A stretch of DNA of 64,000 nucleotides from Aplysia californica (lineage: Eukaryota), in the NCBI RefSeq assembly GCF_000002075.1, contig NW_004797360.1, forward strand, positions 1,597,571 to 1,661,570, given 5' to 3'. This document shows, piece by piece, positions 13,401 through 27,200 of the stretch. Every line of letters begins with the position of its first letter. Within the stretch, counting starts at the first letter, position 1. Position numbers and translations under genes: made by a program. The notes beneath the pieces are model-generated. The model made no database searches and was not told the DNA's origin. It saw only the letters and a program-made list of their open reading frames with translations.

Positions 13401-13579
13401 ACCAAATCTCCTGATTACTAAATCATAATAAAATCCCATTAAATTTAATTTTAAAAGGAAAAAATTAACTACTTAAAAGCAAATCAAATAAATCTCACAG
13501 ACCAGAGAGAAAAAATAGGAAATTGTTCTTTTGTGAGAGGAAAAAATAAGAGCTCTACACTATTTTCTGTCAAAGCATT

Positions 13580-13910
13580 AACACTTACAGTACCGAAGGC
13601 TCATATAGAGAGAAACTCTCAGGTACTGCATCAGTTTAGAACGCTGAAGTCGTGTTACATTTTAAAAAAATAAAAAAACAAAACAACCTTGGCAGCCCAA
13701 GAAACACTCTTTAACATTTCATAGAGGTTCATCAACTATTCAGCTGTCAAATAGAGTGACTTCCTTAAGGATTTACTCCAGTGCAGAGTGTCTGTTTGTT
13801 ATTTAATTATGTTTTGCGAGCCAGGTTGTGTCAGCTACTAAAGCCGCCAGCGATAGTGAGCACATACTACGGCCTGGAGACTTAAGTCGCTGACAGTACT
13901 GTAAGTGTAA
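13580..13910. mobile_element. MITE with ~15-bp TIRs (TAACACTTACAGTAC); inverted copy ~46925-47230
   Basis: TIR TAACACTTACAGTAC...GTACTGTAAGTGTAA. Internal sequence is the reverse complement of 46925-47230. Confidence 0.7.
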
Positions 13911-14499
13911 AACAGCAAAGTCTCTCATAAAAACAGAGTAAAGTATTAGTGTATCCTAGACCAGTTCCTTTAAAATCTGTGCAGTGTATCCACACACAGC
14001 AGAAAACAGATCTGCTTATTTATGAAATAAACATCTGACTAAACTTTATCTTATGAAACAGAAAAGCAGTCGCACAATAAATCTGAACGAAGTCCAACCT
14101 CAAACATCCAACTGTACCTTCAGAATTAAATGAAGAGAGTAAGTTCAAAGTTAAAAAATTCAACAGGCACATAGGTCAGAAAGTGTTTTTTGAATTTTGA
14201 CAAAATGGATTGAAGAACGGATTGAAGATTATCGACAATAGAAATGGAGGAATAGCACCCTCATAGACCCATGTTAGCAGCAGCTGACTACTATCAACAA
14301 AGATGAATCAATGGCAAGCTCGTCACTATTCTCGATATCGTACAGTGCTCAAAATCAAAAGACTGACATAAAAAAGCTAGAAACTAAACATAACCAAAGT
14401 AAAATTTTTCAAACCACTTTATATAACAAAAACCTCTTAAATCTTGGGACTCCTGATGTCTCATCCCATCTATCCTCTTCCCAATCCTCAACCCGCCAG

Positions 14500-14909
14500 T
14501 AGATGAAAATCAGGCGCTCGTCGATTTTTGGGCATATGGGGTTGTTGGTACAATCTTAAAGCCTGTTCATTTGCCTTCCTCTTAGTGAAAAAAAATACAA
14601 ATATATCTTAAATAGAAGTTGAGATATTTGCAAATGAAGGAGGACAGGATCGCCTGGTTTCAAAGGTAAAACTAGCGAGAGAATGGCCGCCAAAGTTTGT
14701 AAACTTTCATAACCTGAGAGTCCTTGGAAACTGAAAATTTACATTTTTGGGACTTTAATCAATGTTTTTCAGTAAAGTCCACACCAAAATATATTTTTAA
14801 ATATACGTAAAAGGTGTTGAGCCAGAAAAAGAAAATTTGAAAAAAAAATGCCGATTTCTTTGATTTAATCATTTTGACGAGCGCCTGATTTCACCATGAT
14901 GCCTCACAT
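14500..14909. mobile_element. ~430-bp MITE, family with TIR (A)TGTGAGGC..GTGGAATCAGGCGCTCGTCAA
   Basis: AATCAGGCGCTCGTC...GACGAGCGCCTGATT inverted ends. Homologous to 43780-44219, ~18275-18690 and 59516-60362. Confidence 0.8.
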
Positions 14910-14969
14910 TTTCAATAAAGTTGTGAGAGGCATTTGAAAGTCAGTTTTGCCATAAAGTGTCAGTGTATT

Positions 14970-15740
14970 CAGTGGTCACCAAACTATTTTCAAAGGGGGC
15001 TGGATAGCAGCCAAAATGCAGAAAAGGGGCCAGATTAATATCTTGTTCCATACAGTTTGTTGAATGTATAAAAAAAATAAAGACAACCAACGTATTGGCT
15101 TATTAACAGGCCTATACAAAATACAAAATACGCCAAAAAAGCAAACACATTTACCGAAAAATCATCAAATTAAGTATTATAATTACAACATAGTTATATC
15201 ACATCCCGTGTGCCAAATGTGAATTTCACAAACCAAGCTCCAAAAAATAAATAATAAGACTTGAAAAATTGGCATCTGGCTTTCAAGATATCATCAGTAT
15301 TTTACTCTGTGATAACTTCATCCAACCAAGAGGATTGCTTTCAAACATTCAACAGCCAGCCTCATTCAATGTATTCCTTTAATTCACATGCACTTTTGAA
15401 AACGTTTTCTAACAGACGTAAGTTGTTCCAAAACCTGACGCCATACTTTAGGCAAACTTCTTCAACTTAAAAAACTCATAACCAAGGAAGCTGCAATAAA
15501 ATTTAACAAATTTTCCCTCTCTATGCGTGTGATTCATTAGCTAGAAGTTACAGTCATGTTTAGTTTGCACTGTAGTGTTCATTGAACTGTTTAAATCATT
15601 TTGGTGACCAATCTAAACACACTATGAGCACATCTCATCTACCAAGTTTTTTTTCCTCACATGATGGTTTGGCAGTGAGCCAGACAAACCGGCACGATAG
15701 GCTGGATCGGGCCTGTGGGCCATTGTTTGGTGACCCCCTC
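14970..15740. mobile_element. hAT-like non-autonomous element
   Basis: Ends CAGTGGTCACCAAAC...GTTTGGTGACCCCCT; degenerate flanks GTGTATT/GTCTATT. Confidence 0.6.
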
Positions 15741-17591
15741 GTCTATTTCATATATCGGAGAACGGGCACAGATGAACAAAAACAAATCATAATATTGCTC
15801 TCTTAGCCATTTAGCTTCCTACAACGCTTTTCTCAACAAGAAAAAAAAAAGGAAAAAAACGCAAAAAAACAAAACAAAAACAACTGAACAGCTCCAAGGA
15901 AAAACCCAAAATAGGTAAATATTTTGTTACCAAATATGTTCCTTCCTGGAATTTCTGCTTCAAGCCACACATAACTGAGTTAGTTTTCTGTACAGTAAAA
16001 CTGATCAAAACCCATTCCTTTGGTATCAGAAATCTTTGTGCTGCTATATGTGCAGAGTTTGCCTGCATCATATCTCTACTATTTCCTCAGTTTTACAACA
16101 ACAAAAAACTTTGGGTACTGTGAGTTTTGCCTTTGAGAAGTTCAATTATACAATTTTCAAATCATAAAATACAATAAAAGAAAACATTTAAGAAAGCATT
16201 CAAGTTATAACACACTCAGCTCACAAACTACAAAACTCAAAAAGTAGCTTTCGAAATAATTAAATAAAATAATTTTACAAAACACTCACAAACTCACAAT
16301 GAGAAAAAAACAAAACAACAAAAAATCACACATAAACGGATACATTCAACTTTCAATCAAGAATACATTTATTCAACGACATAATTAAATGTTTTACAGG
16401 GACAAAAAAACAAAATCGAGTAGACTTCATATGAGAAAAGTGAAACAAAACGAATGCAGGCATGAACAGTAACAGAAATGTGGAGAAGATTCCTTTTCAA
16501 TATGACCACAAATGAAACAGAATAAAACAAAAAATCCAAACTAACAAAATTGCGCTTGCCTGAGACAATATGCATATAACCAAGTAACAAAGTTTATAAC
16601 AGATTAACACATCTTGAGGTTTGGAAAAAAATTAACAGATATCACTGCAGAGAAGGACAGTATAGTATATAAAGTTTCTCTTTCAGCTGGAAGCCAGAAC
16701 GATAAGGAAGACAACTGGTCAATTCAAAATGTCTTCTGAATAGAAGGGGGGAAAAGGAAATGGAAATGAACAAAATGACAGCAAATAAGATAGCATCATA
16801 CTGCAACTTATCATGCCAATTATTTATTCATCTTTCTTAGTCAAAAACAACAGTGTACACTATCAATGAATACAAGAAAGAAAAGTACAGTACTCTATTT
16901 ACAAGGAGATACATTTTATTTTATTTTTGTTGTTGCTTTTATTCAGAATTTCAATAAGGACATTTTAATTTGATGAGCATGCCATTTCATCCCTATCTTC
17001 GTGGAGTCACATGGGCATGTCGATAAGAAAGGGGACAATTTGTCACCCACAACACAAGCACTTTGGCTAAGCAAAATATGATATAATAGTTTCCTCCTTC
17101 ACTCTCATTTTTAGAAAACAAAGATGTGGTTGATATCATGATTCCATTTTTCTGAAAATAACCACACAGCGAGATTTGAAAGACGGCTACATAACAGAAC
17201 ACAGTTATGAAAATATTCTCATCTGCTAAAAGAATCTACACCAATTCACAATTCTGAACCTGCACCAACATTTCTTTTTGAGGATCCGATAAAATGAACC
17301 CCCCACTAAAACAACTACTTCTATCATTCTAAGAATGAAGCCATGTATATTATTACCCAACATCTAAAATAAACTTGCTGAACCTTTTTTTTATCGAATG
17401 AACTAAAATTATGCATTATAACACAGAATACATCATGCTGTAACAAACAACACGTCTGTCCATGTCAGTACTGGACTCCAAGCCGACAGCATTCGTACTT
17501 TACCACCTTGGGGACAGCAACTTTCGGAACTTTGAAAAAAAAAAAAGCAGAAAGGAATCATATCTTTTTGTGTTAGCTTTACCTGTACTTT

Positions 17592-17792
17592 AACATCACA
17601 AGACAGTCACTGCAGTGGATCCCACAAGGAGCACGAGGCAGGGGTAGGCCACGGGAAACATGGAGGAGATGCGTGGAAAGGGACATGAGAGAAATGAAGC
17701 TCACTTGGAACGATGGCTCAGGACAGAGATAAATGGAAAGAGCTTGTATGTGGCCTATACCCAGCCAGGGGTGAAAGGCATTGATGATGATG
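17592..17792 (+). mobile_element. 5'-truncated RTE LINE 3' end (same family as 420-624)
   Basis: QWIPQGARGRGRPRETWRR frame; (GAT)n tail; 11-bp TSD ACCTGTACTTT (17581-17591 and 17793-17803). Confidence 0.85.
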
Positions 17793-17960
17793 ACCTGTAC
17801 TTTGATCATGCTCAAAGTATTCACAGAGTCCTGAGGCTTTCCTTGTACAATACAGAACAATATTGCTTCATGAGCCTTGAAGTTGTTGATTTGTCCATTG
17901 GGTACTAGACATACCAATTACTCCTTGAAACTTTTAGTACATAATAGGAAGTATATCAGT

Positions 17961-18209
17961 ATATGTGAGACGTGATGACAAAATGAGTTACTTCTCGAAA
18001 TCCACAAAAGGAGATATTGACCAAAAATCGACACCAAGGTTAAATTTGTAGATAATTTTCTATTGATGCCATATTCTTTTTAAGTATGATAAGTCTTTCA
18101 TTATTTCATACTTATAAATTGTAAAAACTTAACCTATAAGCGTAACGCATCTATTTCATTAGGTCTCGAATCCGAGAAGTAACTCATTTTGTCAGCACCC
18201 TTCACATAT
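17961..18209. mobile_element. ~250-bp MITE with ATATGTGA...TCACATAT ends; second copy 32760-33012
   Basis: TIR GACAAAATGAGTTACTTCTCG...CGAGAAGTAACTCATTTTGTC. Confidence 0.8.
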
Positions 18210-19493
18210 CTTTCTATGTTAGCAGAACTTGGGACATATTCAAACGACTTTCCATATGACATAACAAAATGTATGTCACCAGGGTGAAATCAGTCACTTG
18301 TCAAAATAATGAAATCAAAGAAACCAACAGTTTTCCGCCTGCAGGTAAATTTTTTTTCAATTTTTTTTTAGCTCAACACCTTCAATATCCATTTAGAATC
18401 ACATTTGTATGGATTTTACTGATAAACGTTGATGAAAGGCCCAGGATATGTAAATTTGCAGCTCATAAGGACACTCAAGCTTTAGAAGTCACTAAACTTT
18501 GGCGGTCATTTTCTCGCTAATGTTACCTCTGAAAGCAGGTGATCACCACATCTTTCAGTTGCAAATATATCGACTTCTATTCAAGATAGATGGGTATTTT
18601 GTTCATTGAAAGATAGATAAATGAACCAGCTTTATGATGATGTATAGCAATAGTTCTGCATGCCCATAAATTGACTACAGCCAGATTCCACTGCATATCA
18701 TTACACAAATGTTTCCCAAAGCACTCTGCAACTGTCTCCTTGTCCATTTGGTACTGGACTTCCCACTTACTCAGTGAAAGAGACATCTAAACTGCAACCT
18801 CTCCATTCCAAAAGCATTTTATCACCGTTCAGCCACTATTGGTCATTGCAAAATAGCCATTGTTTCCAAAACATTTGCAGAGTTGCAATTAGAAACAGTA
18901 CCCGGTCAAGACTGACAGCCTGCTCCGGTGATATCAAAATTTAGGAACTTAAGAAGGTCAGACTGGGCTAGACAGTCCAGTGAGGCAAACAATCTAATAC
19001 CCAGTGCCTATTACAGAAAGTTTCATTGATATGGTTTAATACATCTTTGGGATGGTGTTGATCTATATCAAAGTGATGTCTTTTCAGCTTCATCAAATTG
19101 GACAGGAATACCATAAGAGCCTATCACATTGTGAGGACAAACAAAATATATAAGTCCATAATGCATGGTACACTTCCAATTGCTTGTTTTCATCAAATGT
19201 ATCATAGAGTGACAAAGAAAAGCAAACGTGTCTGATTTGGGAGGATCTGATCAAATCAAAGAGTGCCAAAATGGTACCCTTTTTTCTCTTCATGAAGAAA
19301 AACCTGGCAGCCTTCACAAATTTCAAATGGAGATTTGACGAATCCTTCTGCAATTTGCACCCGGTATAAAGCACGGTAGTTTAATTGAAAGTCCTCAGCC
19401 TCTTGATTTCACTGTCACCGTCTCAGCTCGCTACGTCACAGGAAAAGAACTCAAAGACCCAAATAGACGGCAAATTATTAACTACGTTTGAAC

Positions 19494-19668
19494 AGTCAAA
19501 CCTGCTCTAATGCCCCTGTATAAATAAATCACGTGTACAAACGACCACTTCCTCCTTTCCTGCTTGCTTTTTAAAATATTATAAGGACACTGCCCAAGAT
19601 ATCCCCCTGCCTAAGACAAACACTTTTCTCCTTGACAATGGGTGGCTGTGTTGAATCATCTCAACTGT
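19494..19668. mobile_element. pogo/Tigger-like MITE (CAGTCAAACCTG... TIR); relatives ~29520-29695, 46740-46920, 47725-47890, 48213-48350, 48620-48730
   Basis: Shared CAGTCAAACCTG/ACAATCACCTGTA/GACCAC motifs and TA flanks. Confidence 0.65.
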
Positions 19669-21001
19669 ACTTACAAGTCTAGGGACACCAAAGGACTGGG
19701 AAGTGATGCAAGGAGATTGTGTAAAACAAAACTATTGAAATCTTTGAGAACGTAAACCATTGTTCTTGAGGAGCACACGCACTACAGAAAGTTCATGCCC
19801 ATATATTTGGATTCACCTGAGAGCTATAATATATAAGAATAAGCCAATGAAAACAAATTAAATTTCATGTCAGTAATGTTCAAGGCAATTAAAAAAAAGG
19901 AACATTTCATTGAAACACTGGAGAGATAAAAAGCAAAGTTTCAACATTGAAGCTCTCTAGACTACAGTAAAACAGCTGAAAAATCTCGCAGACAATGTAC
20001 ACTGACATCAGATAAAAAGTTCTAAAATATCCAAATATTCTCCTTTTCACAACTGAACTCACATCCAGAGCAGGCAGCATCTATATACTAGTATTACACG
20101 TTGCCCTCACAGACACACATACACACACACACACACACTCACACACGCATACAGACACACACAATAAACATGGTTCTTGACATTCAATCAAACGACCAAT
20201 ATAAATTGAGTCCTACCAGAGGATATCTTTTGGGAATTTTGAGATCAAAGTTTAACAAGATGAAGTCAAAGCTGCATAGAATTATATTGTCTTCATGTAA
20301 ACTGGATGAACAAACAAGTGATATTACACACATTATACCGAATTGGTAAATTATATGTATATATATATATATGTGACACAAATAAACCCAAAATAACGTA
20401 GGACAAATTTAATATCTTAACTCAAAATAAGACAGATAACTTGTCGGTGGGGGATTGCTCAAGCTGGCCAAATAACAACAAAAAGCAAAACAAAACAAAA
20501 AACAACAACGACAAAAAAAAGAAAGCAGAGAAGTGGCACAAAATGGTAATTCTGCACCGAAAGCAGCTGTTCAAACCCACGTTTTAAACTATTATTCAAG
20601 AGTGGTCGCTTCTTGAAACACCACATCAAGAGTACTCTGAGACACTTACATCTTTACTCACACATCATTCCAAGTAAAATGAATGAACCATTGATGATGA
20701 TGGGACATTTCAGCAACAGGTAACAGGACCTAAGTTTTGACAATTTTAAAGAGTGCACGCACAATGACGGGGAAACCATTAAACTGAACACACCCAGTGA
20801 TCAAACTCACATAACATTGCTGAGTCAAAAAGAGTATCATGCATTTAGCACAACAGTGGATAATTTTTTTCCATGAACAGATTTGGACTGAATAAAAAAT
20901 AGGTTGAAACAGCTGAGCTAAAAACCCCAAACCTTTCAACAAAGACTCCTTTTAGTTGAAAGCAGAAGAGTTCGTACGAGAGCGTGCACCTGTTAATGCA
21001 C

Positions 21002-21299
21002 CTAAACATTTCCTAGAGACTTCATGAAGGTCTCCATGTTGTACTCATTTTCGTACAGAGATTCATCCCAGAGCTCCTCTAGACCGTCCAGAATGGTGCG
21101 GATATTCTCTTTCCTCCCAGATTTGTTGTCTTTCCGCTTGTCCTTCGCGTCTGCTCCCGAGTCACCGAAGGCCCCCGAGCCTGGCTTGCTGTCGTCCAGG
21201 ACAAAGAGGTCCAGCAGTTGATCTGTACCCATTGTCTGCAGGCTCGAGTTCTCCTGAGTGATCACCGTGTTGGCAACAGCCATCTTAAACTTCTGGAGT
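21002..21299 (-). CDS. BTAF1: BTAF1 exon 40 (last)
   Basis: (G)[13 protein letters not shown]...FMKSLGNV*. Confidence 0.95.
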
Positions 21300-24200
21300 C
21301 TGTGAAGAATGATATCAAATATTACGTTTTCAATACAAATAATTGTGTGTCATCCCGGTGAAACCAGAAGCTCAACAAAATAGTAAAACCAATAATTGTC
21401 CGCCCTTGGGTTATTTTTAGTAGCATGAAAAATTTTTTTGGGCTCATCACCTTTTATGTGAATTTAACCCCTTCACTGCTGCGATGTCTACATGTGTTTG
21501 TACAGACAAGAATAATAGATAATTATTATTCAAGAGAGATCTATACAAAGCCACAGTAGCACTTTCCCCCTTATAAGAATAAGCGACAGCAGAAGTGCTA
21601 GTGACGTCTCCAAAACTTTCTTCTATATGCCAATAGTTGAAAAATAATAGTAGTGGACCATTTCGGAGAACATAAAAATATGCATACATCAACACAGCAG
21701 TGAAGAGGTTAAAAATAAAATTCTAAATTCTGTGTGGATTTTACTGGAAAAAGTTGGTCAAAGGCACAAAAAATGTAAATTTGTAGACTTTTCCATAGAC
21801 AATAGACAATTAAGTTTTGGGATTCACCAAACGTAGGCAGACATTTTTTCCAATGATTTAACCGCTGACACCAGGCGACCTCCACTTCCTTCAAATGCAA
21901 ATACCTCAACTTGTATTTAAGATAGACAGACATTTTTTCATCAAAAGCAAGATAAGTGAACACGCTTTAATATGAAACCAATAACTCTGAATGGACTACA
22001 GATCTAGACAGAAAGGCATCAATCATCCATTTTCTGAAAACTAAATTCAATTTCACAGTGTTCAGCCAAGACACATAATTTAATATCATTATTTATATAT
22101 ATTTTTGAAAGAGTTTTACGGCACTTTCAACACAATATGGTGGTATAAGTGCTGAAGATTAGAGGTGTTACTGTAGAGTAACAAACACAAAAAAACGAGG
22201 AGGAGAGATAAGGTTGATAGATGTTTGATAGGAAAGAAGGAGCTACGGATGCCACTGGACTTTTGTAAAAATAACTGAATATTTTTTGGGAGACAAAATT
22301 TAGCTTGAGAAGAAGTAATAAATGCAACAAAACATCACATCAGTTCAACAATAAGAACGAACGATGCCCAAAACAACGGAAAAACGGCATCCCTTGAAGA
22401 GCAAACCACACCACAGCACCTGCCAACCATCCACACATCAGTCTTCAGAAAGTGAACTCACCCCATTATCTTCTCTTCCAGAGTTCCTCTTGTGATCAGT
22501 CTGTACACATTTACAACTTTCTTCTGTCCGATTCTGTGAGCTCTGTCCATGGCCTGTGAAGAAATGTCAATAAGAATAACAAAAAAATCTTAAGGCAATA
22601 TGTGAGCAAGCCCAGAGAAAGGTCCAAGTTGTCGGCAAAGCTATTTGGTAGCTTTTAAGCACAAGGGGGCTATCCCGAAATATACCGTTTTGAGAAAATC
22701 AAAGGTAAAGTTTTTGCCCCTTGTTCAGTTTCTTTAAAACCTACGTCACAAAATGGCGCATATCTTTAAAACTACTCTTGAGACATCTGAAATTTTTTTA
22801 CAAATCAGCACGTTCAGCATCAAGTTTGCTGCAAGAATATGTCCTTACTTTAATATCCAAAATTTCAGACTAGTGGGACCTTCCTTCCTTCAGGCACACA
22901 CACACACAGATAGTCAACCCGTTTTTATCAGAAATGTTGGAATTTAAGAATATGTCTTAATAAGATTTTTAAGCTACTTGCAACACAATTAGGTCATATA
23001 TATGTGCTGAAGATTAGAAGTGCTACAAGACAGTAACAAACACACACAAAAAAAGGAGAGATAAGAACAACAGATGTTTGATCAGAAAAAAAAGATCAAA
23101 CTACACTAGAGCACCCACCAACTACCCATTTAGAGATCAGTTTACTGCATACAGAAAGGTAATGATGATGATGATCATCCTGAAATGGAGAATGAAAGCT
23201 TATACCCCCTGGTTCCAAATCTTTAAAAAAAAACAACCCAAAAACTGCCGCCTGTCAGATGTGTAAGCAGAGACACCCAGGGTTCAGGACACCTCACCTG
23301 CAAATCTTTCATGGGATTCCAGTCATGTTCCACAAATATAACTGTGTCAGCTCCAGTGAGGTTCAAACCTAGGCCTCCCACATGCGTGGTGAGCAGCAAA
23401 ATGTCAATGGATGGGTCACTGTTGAATCTGTGGAGCACATCGCAGTAAGACAGATCTGAGAGGCAGTAAGTTGTATCGTACAAGATACACACAGAACTCA
23501 TTCCTCGTTTTGATATGGGATTTAGGGGGGGGGGGGGGGTTGTTTTGCAGCAGTGCCATATCCTTCAGGTGAACAATGTTACATTTAGGTTGAAATTTTG
23601 AAAACTTGATATTTCTTGTGAACAGGATTATTGATTTAAAAAATTTTCTTTTTGGTTTTAGTAGAGGTTTTACGGTGCTCGCAACTGCATAAGGTCATAT
23701 GAGCGCCGATTTTCTTTGTATCGATAAATGTAATGTTCCCTTGATTGAACTTTATTTTGTTCCTAGATTAGTTGAAATTGGTCCAAAGATGACTGAGTTA
23801 TTGTCCTGTAAATGGGTCCTTGGGTTTTTTAATAGACACCTCATAAATTTTGTTAGGTTACAGATTTGTCTTGAGCCCGACAGTTTACATTTCCTGTGTT
23901 TTTGTTTTCAAAGTCAAATCTGTGTGAGGAGGATTCTAATACTATTTTTTTCTTTTCTGACATCAATACTACACTCTCTCACAATTTTGACGATATTTAC
24001 CTGCGAACTATGTCATGTCTTGAACCAGCCGGAACACTGCCGTCCAAGCGCAAAAAAGTCACACTTGGCATTCGTGTCCTGAAATTTCAAGGAGAAAAAG
24101 AAAATACACTAAGTAATTAACCTACTCGTAAAAAAATAAATTTTTAAAAATAAATAAAATTATTTCTATTTCTAATGAATACCGAGAATAAAGATGTGAA

Positions 24201-27200
24201 CATGAAAATGAAGAAAACTTGTTTAGATAAAGCCCCAAAAGACAACATAATTATTTGGATCGAATAAACAGATGAAAAAGAAACATCCCCTAACATGAAA
24301 TACAGGAGACCAATTGGAAATAGAAGAAGAAGATGTAGACCAAACAGCAGTATAAAAAATACGATCCGCGTTGAGGCAATCACCCAAGGACCGGATAGGT
24401 CAAGGTTAGAGGGAGTGGCCAGGGACGATCAAGGGTGCCGTCGACTGCTCTCTCTCTCCTTTGAGTACCCCACGCTACAAGAATAGAATAAGTAAGTGAG
24501 CAAATAACATTAAATGAGATGGAAAAGGTGAGAACAGCACAGCTCTGTCACTCCGCGACCTCAGTGCTTTCTTGTCGTATCTCCACTTTTTTCAACAATG
24601 AAAATGCGACATCTTCTTAAGCTCTCTCTTTGATACTGAACTGTTTTCTCTGTTATTAAAAGTGGATATACGAAGGGCATACCAAAAGTTTTCTACCTGA
24701 CCATGAAGGAATAAAGGTAAAAAGCTGAAATTTGGTACTGAGCTTAGTCTTTTTTTTATGTAGTTGTCCCCCAGAGTTATACATGTTTGCCACCTGTGTA
24801 TGACCTTGAAAAGACCTTGAGAATAGAGTACCTTCTCTTTGTCAGAAAACCATCTCTCTACCGCTCCTTTGACCTCATCATCACTATTAATTATATCACA
24901 GCATAGCATGGGCAATCAGGTCCATATACGGCATGCATCACCGTAAAAATATCCTGTATTTGGATGCCTTGCAAGAACAAATACTCCATTACAGCCCTGC
25001 GCTCAAGTTTCTCCATTTTTATTTTGAAACTGGAGAACAACATACCCCATTCACTTACAGTACGCTTGTGGTAAAAACCAGTAATCTGAAATTCCCCAAA
25101 AGTTAAAAACATTCTGGGAAGATGATTGTTGGCTTTCACCCAAAATATCAGCTTTCTATCTTTATTCCTTCATGGTCAGATAAAAAACTTTTGGTATGCC
25201 CCTCGTATGACAAGAAAACACTGGGGTCGCGACTCACCTGAGCAGATCTTTCTCAACAATGTCCAGCATGCTCTTGAGCTGGCAGAAAAGAAGCACCCGG
25301 TGCTGGTTGACCACTGGCACACTGTCCACACCCCCTGAGGGACCGCTGCTGCTGCTGCTGCTAATGCCGCCGCCTCCAGGTACGCTGCCCGCCACACCAA
25401 TGCCACAGTCGTTCAGCAGTTGCCTGGAAAGATGTTGTAAAATCAATTGTGAGGTATCGTGGTGAAATCAGGCGCTCGTCAAAATAATGAAATCAAAGAA
25501 ACTGTAATTTTTTTCCCTTCCAGTTTTGCAATTTTTCTAAAAATCTTACATTTTTGGCTCAACACCTTTTATGCCCCATTGAAAATACATTGCTGTGTAG
25601 ATTTCAGTGTAAAGAGACTTTTAGGTTACGTAACAAAAGATGGCATTGGCTTAGTTTAGAAAAAAATCCCCTCTGGAGATAAAGAGTTAAAGATATACTT
25701 AAGAGCAGAGATTCTGTGTATTCCAGACATATGATTCCGTAAAACAGCATTCATTTTTTACCATCACACATATGACTGGACCAAAATATCAATACCATTA
25801 AATCTCTTTCTGGATCGATACAACAACAACAACACTGGATCAACACAAATCTCTTTGAAATAGTGAAGTGCTTACCTCAAAGCATTCAGCTTTGGTGCGT
25901 GAGTCAAGTCATGAAGGTTGCTGTTTTGTTGCTGTAAACTTGCAACAGTTTCTTTGTACTTTGGATGGGATTGATTCAACACCAGAGCCGGATGATTGCA
26001 CACCTTTCTCAGGTACTGAAGAGCCTGGATAAAAAAGCAATAATAAATCATGCCCATCTCAAAGTACTGTACAAAGAATCAAAATCTAAACAATTCGTAT
26101 GCAGATGTCAAACCCACAGAATTAAATGTAAAATGGCTTCGTCACATGTACTGTTTTTTACTCTTTATTTGAATAAAAAAATCAGAAATAAAGCCCACCA
26201 TTAAAGCAATATATGCAAACTCATGGAAGCTACATAAGTGAACATAACACCTGATAACTGCTATGAGAACATAATGTGAATGGTATATGTTTCACCACAA
26301 AAAAACATTGAAATTTGTAAACTTGGTGTTCCACTAAGAGACCACATTTAGAATTCAGTAGTGAGTGAAACATTCTACATCAAACTAATTTTCTCCAACT
26401 GCCACAAGACAATTATCTGTCCAAACAACTTCTCATTTCTCCTCTTACGTTTTTTCCTAATACCCAGAGCCCACAGAGGGAATGTACTTTCACACAAACC
26501 CATCACCCGACTTGCGGCCTTGAAACCAAAAGCGATTGTTTTTGAAGGTCACCGTCGACTTCGTTTGGTTTATGCCACGATGTTCGCTTTTCACCCTCAA
26601 TCTGGCTAGCCCCGCCTACTGAACCGAACCGAATTGATCGTGCTAATGGGCACTGGGTATAACACAACCACTTTTCTCCTCGACAGTGGGTGGCTGGCTG
26701 TCTTGGACAATTTCGACGGTATTTGTGCACGGCTACGACTTACTTGGAATATGTGTGTGGTGCCCTGGTTGGATGCTTTCTTTTCCTTTCCTTCATCTCC
26801 ACCACTCACAGTCTCGTCTACGTTTCGCTTGGCCCGCGATTTTGCAAAGTCTTCGTATAACTCAACCTGAAAGGTCATGACATTATTTGTTTCTTATTGT
26901 CAAAAGAAGGAACTGGGTGTGAATAATATCAGAAAAAAGATTTACTGTAACAAAACTTTCTCTAATATTTATCTCTGTTAATAAAAACCTTATCAAAACA
27001 AGAAAATCTATGCAGTTTATCCTTCAACAAAGTTCCTCTCACATACCCAAAAAAAAATTGTTTTTGACATTTTTCAATAACATGTTGGCAAGACATTTAA
27101 CACAAAACACATTCAGAGCAGAGTAACTCTGAAAATGGTGAAACGGTATAAATTTAATGCCCCTACCAACACTATTAAGTTATTTAAAAGGCGGAATCTT

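Noticed and set aside
24592-25139. SETMAR-like host gene
   Set aside because: Transposase remnants lacking the catalytic core, bounded by TIRs and a TA TSD.
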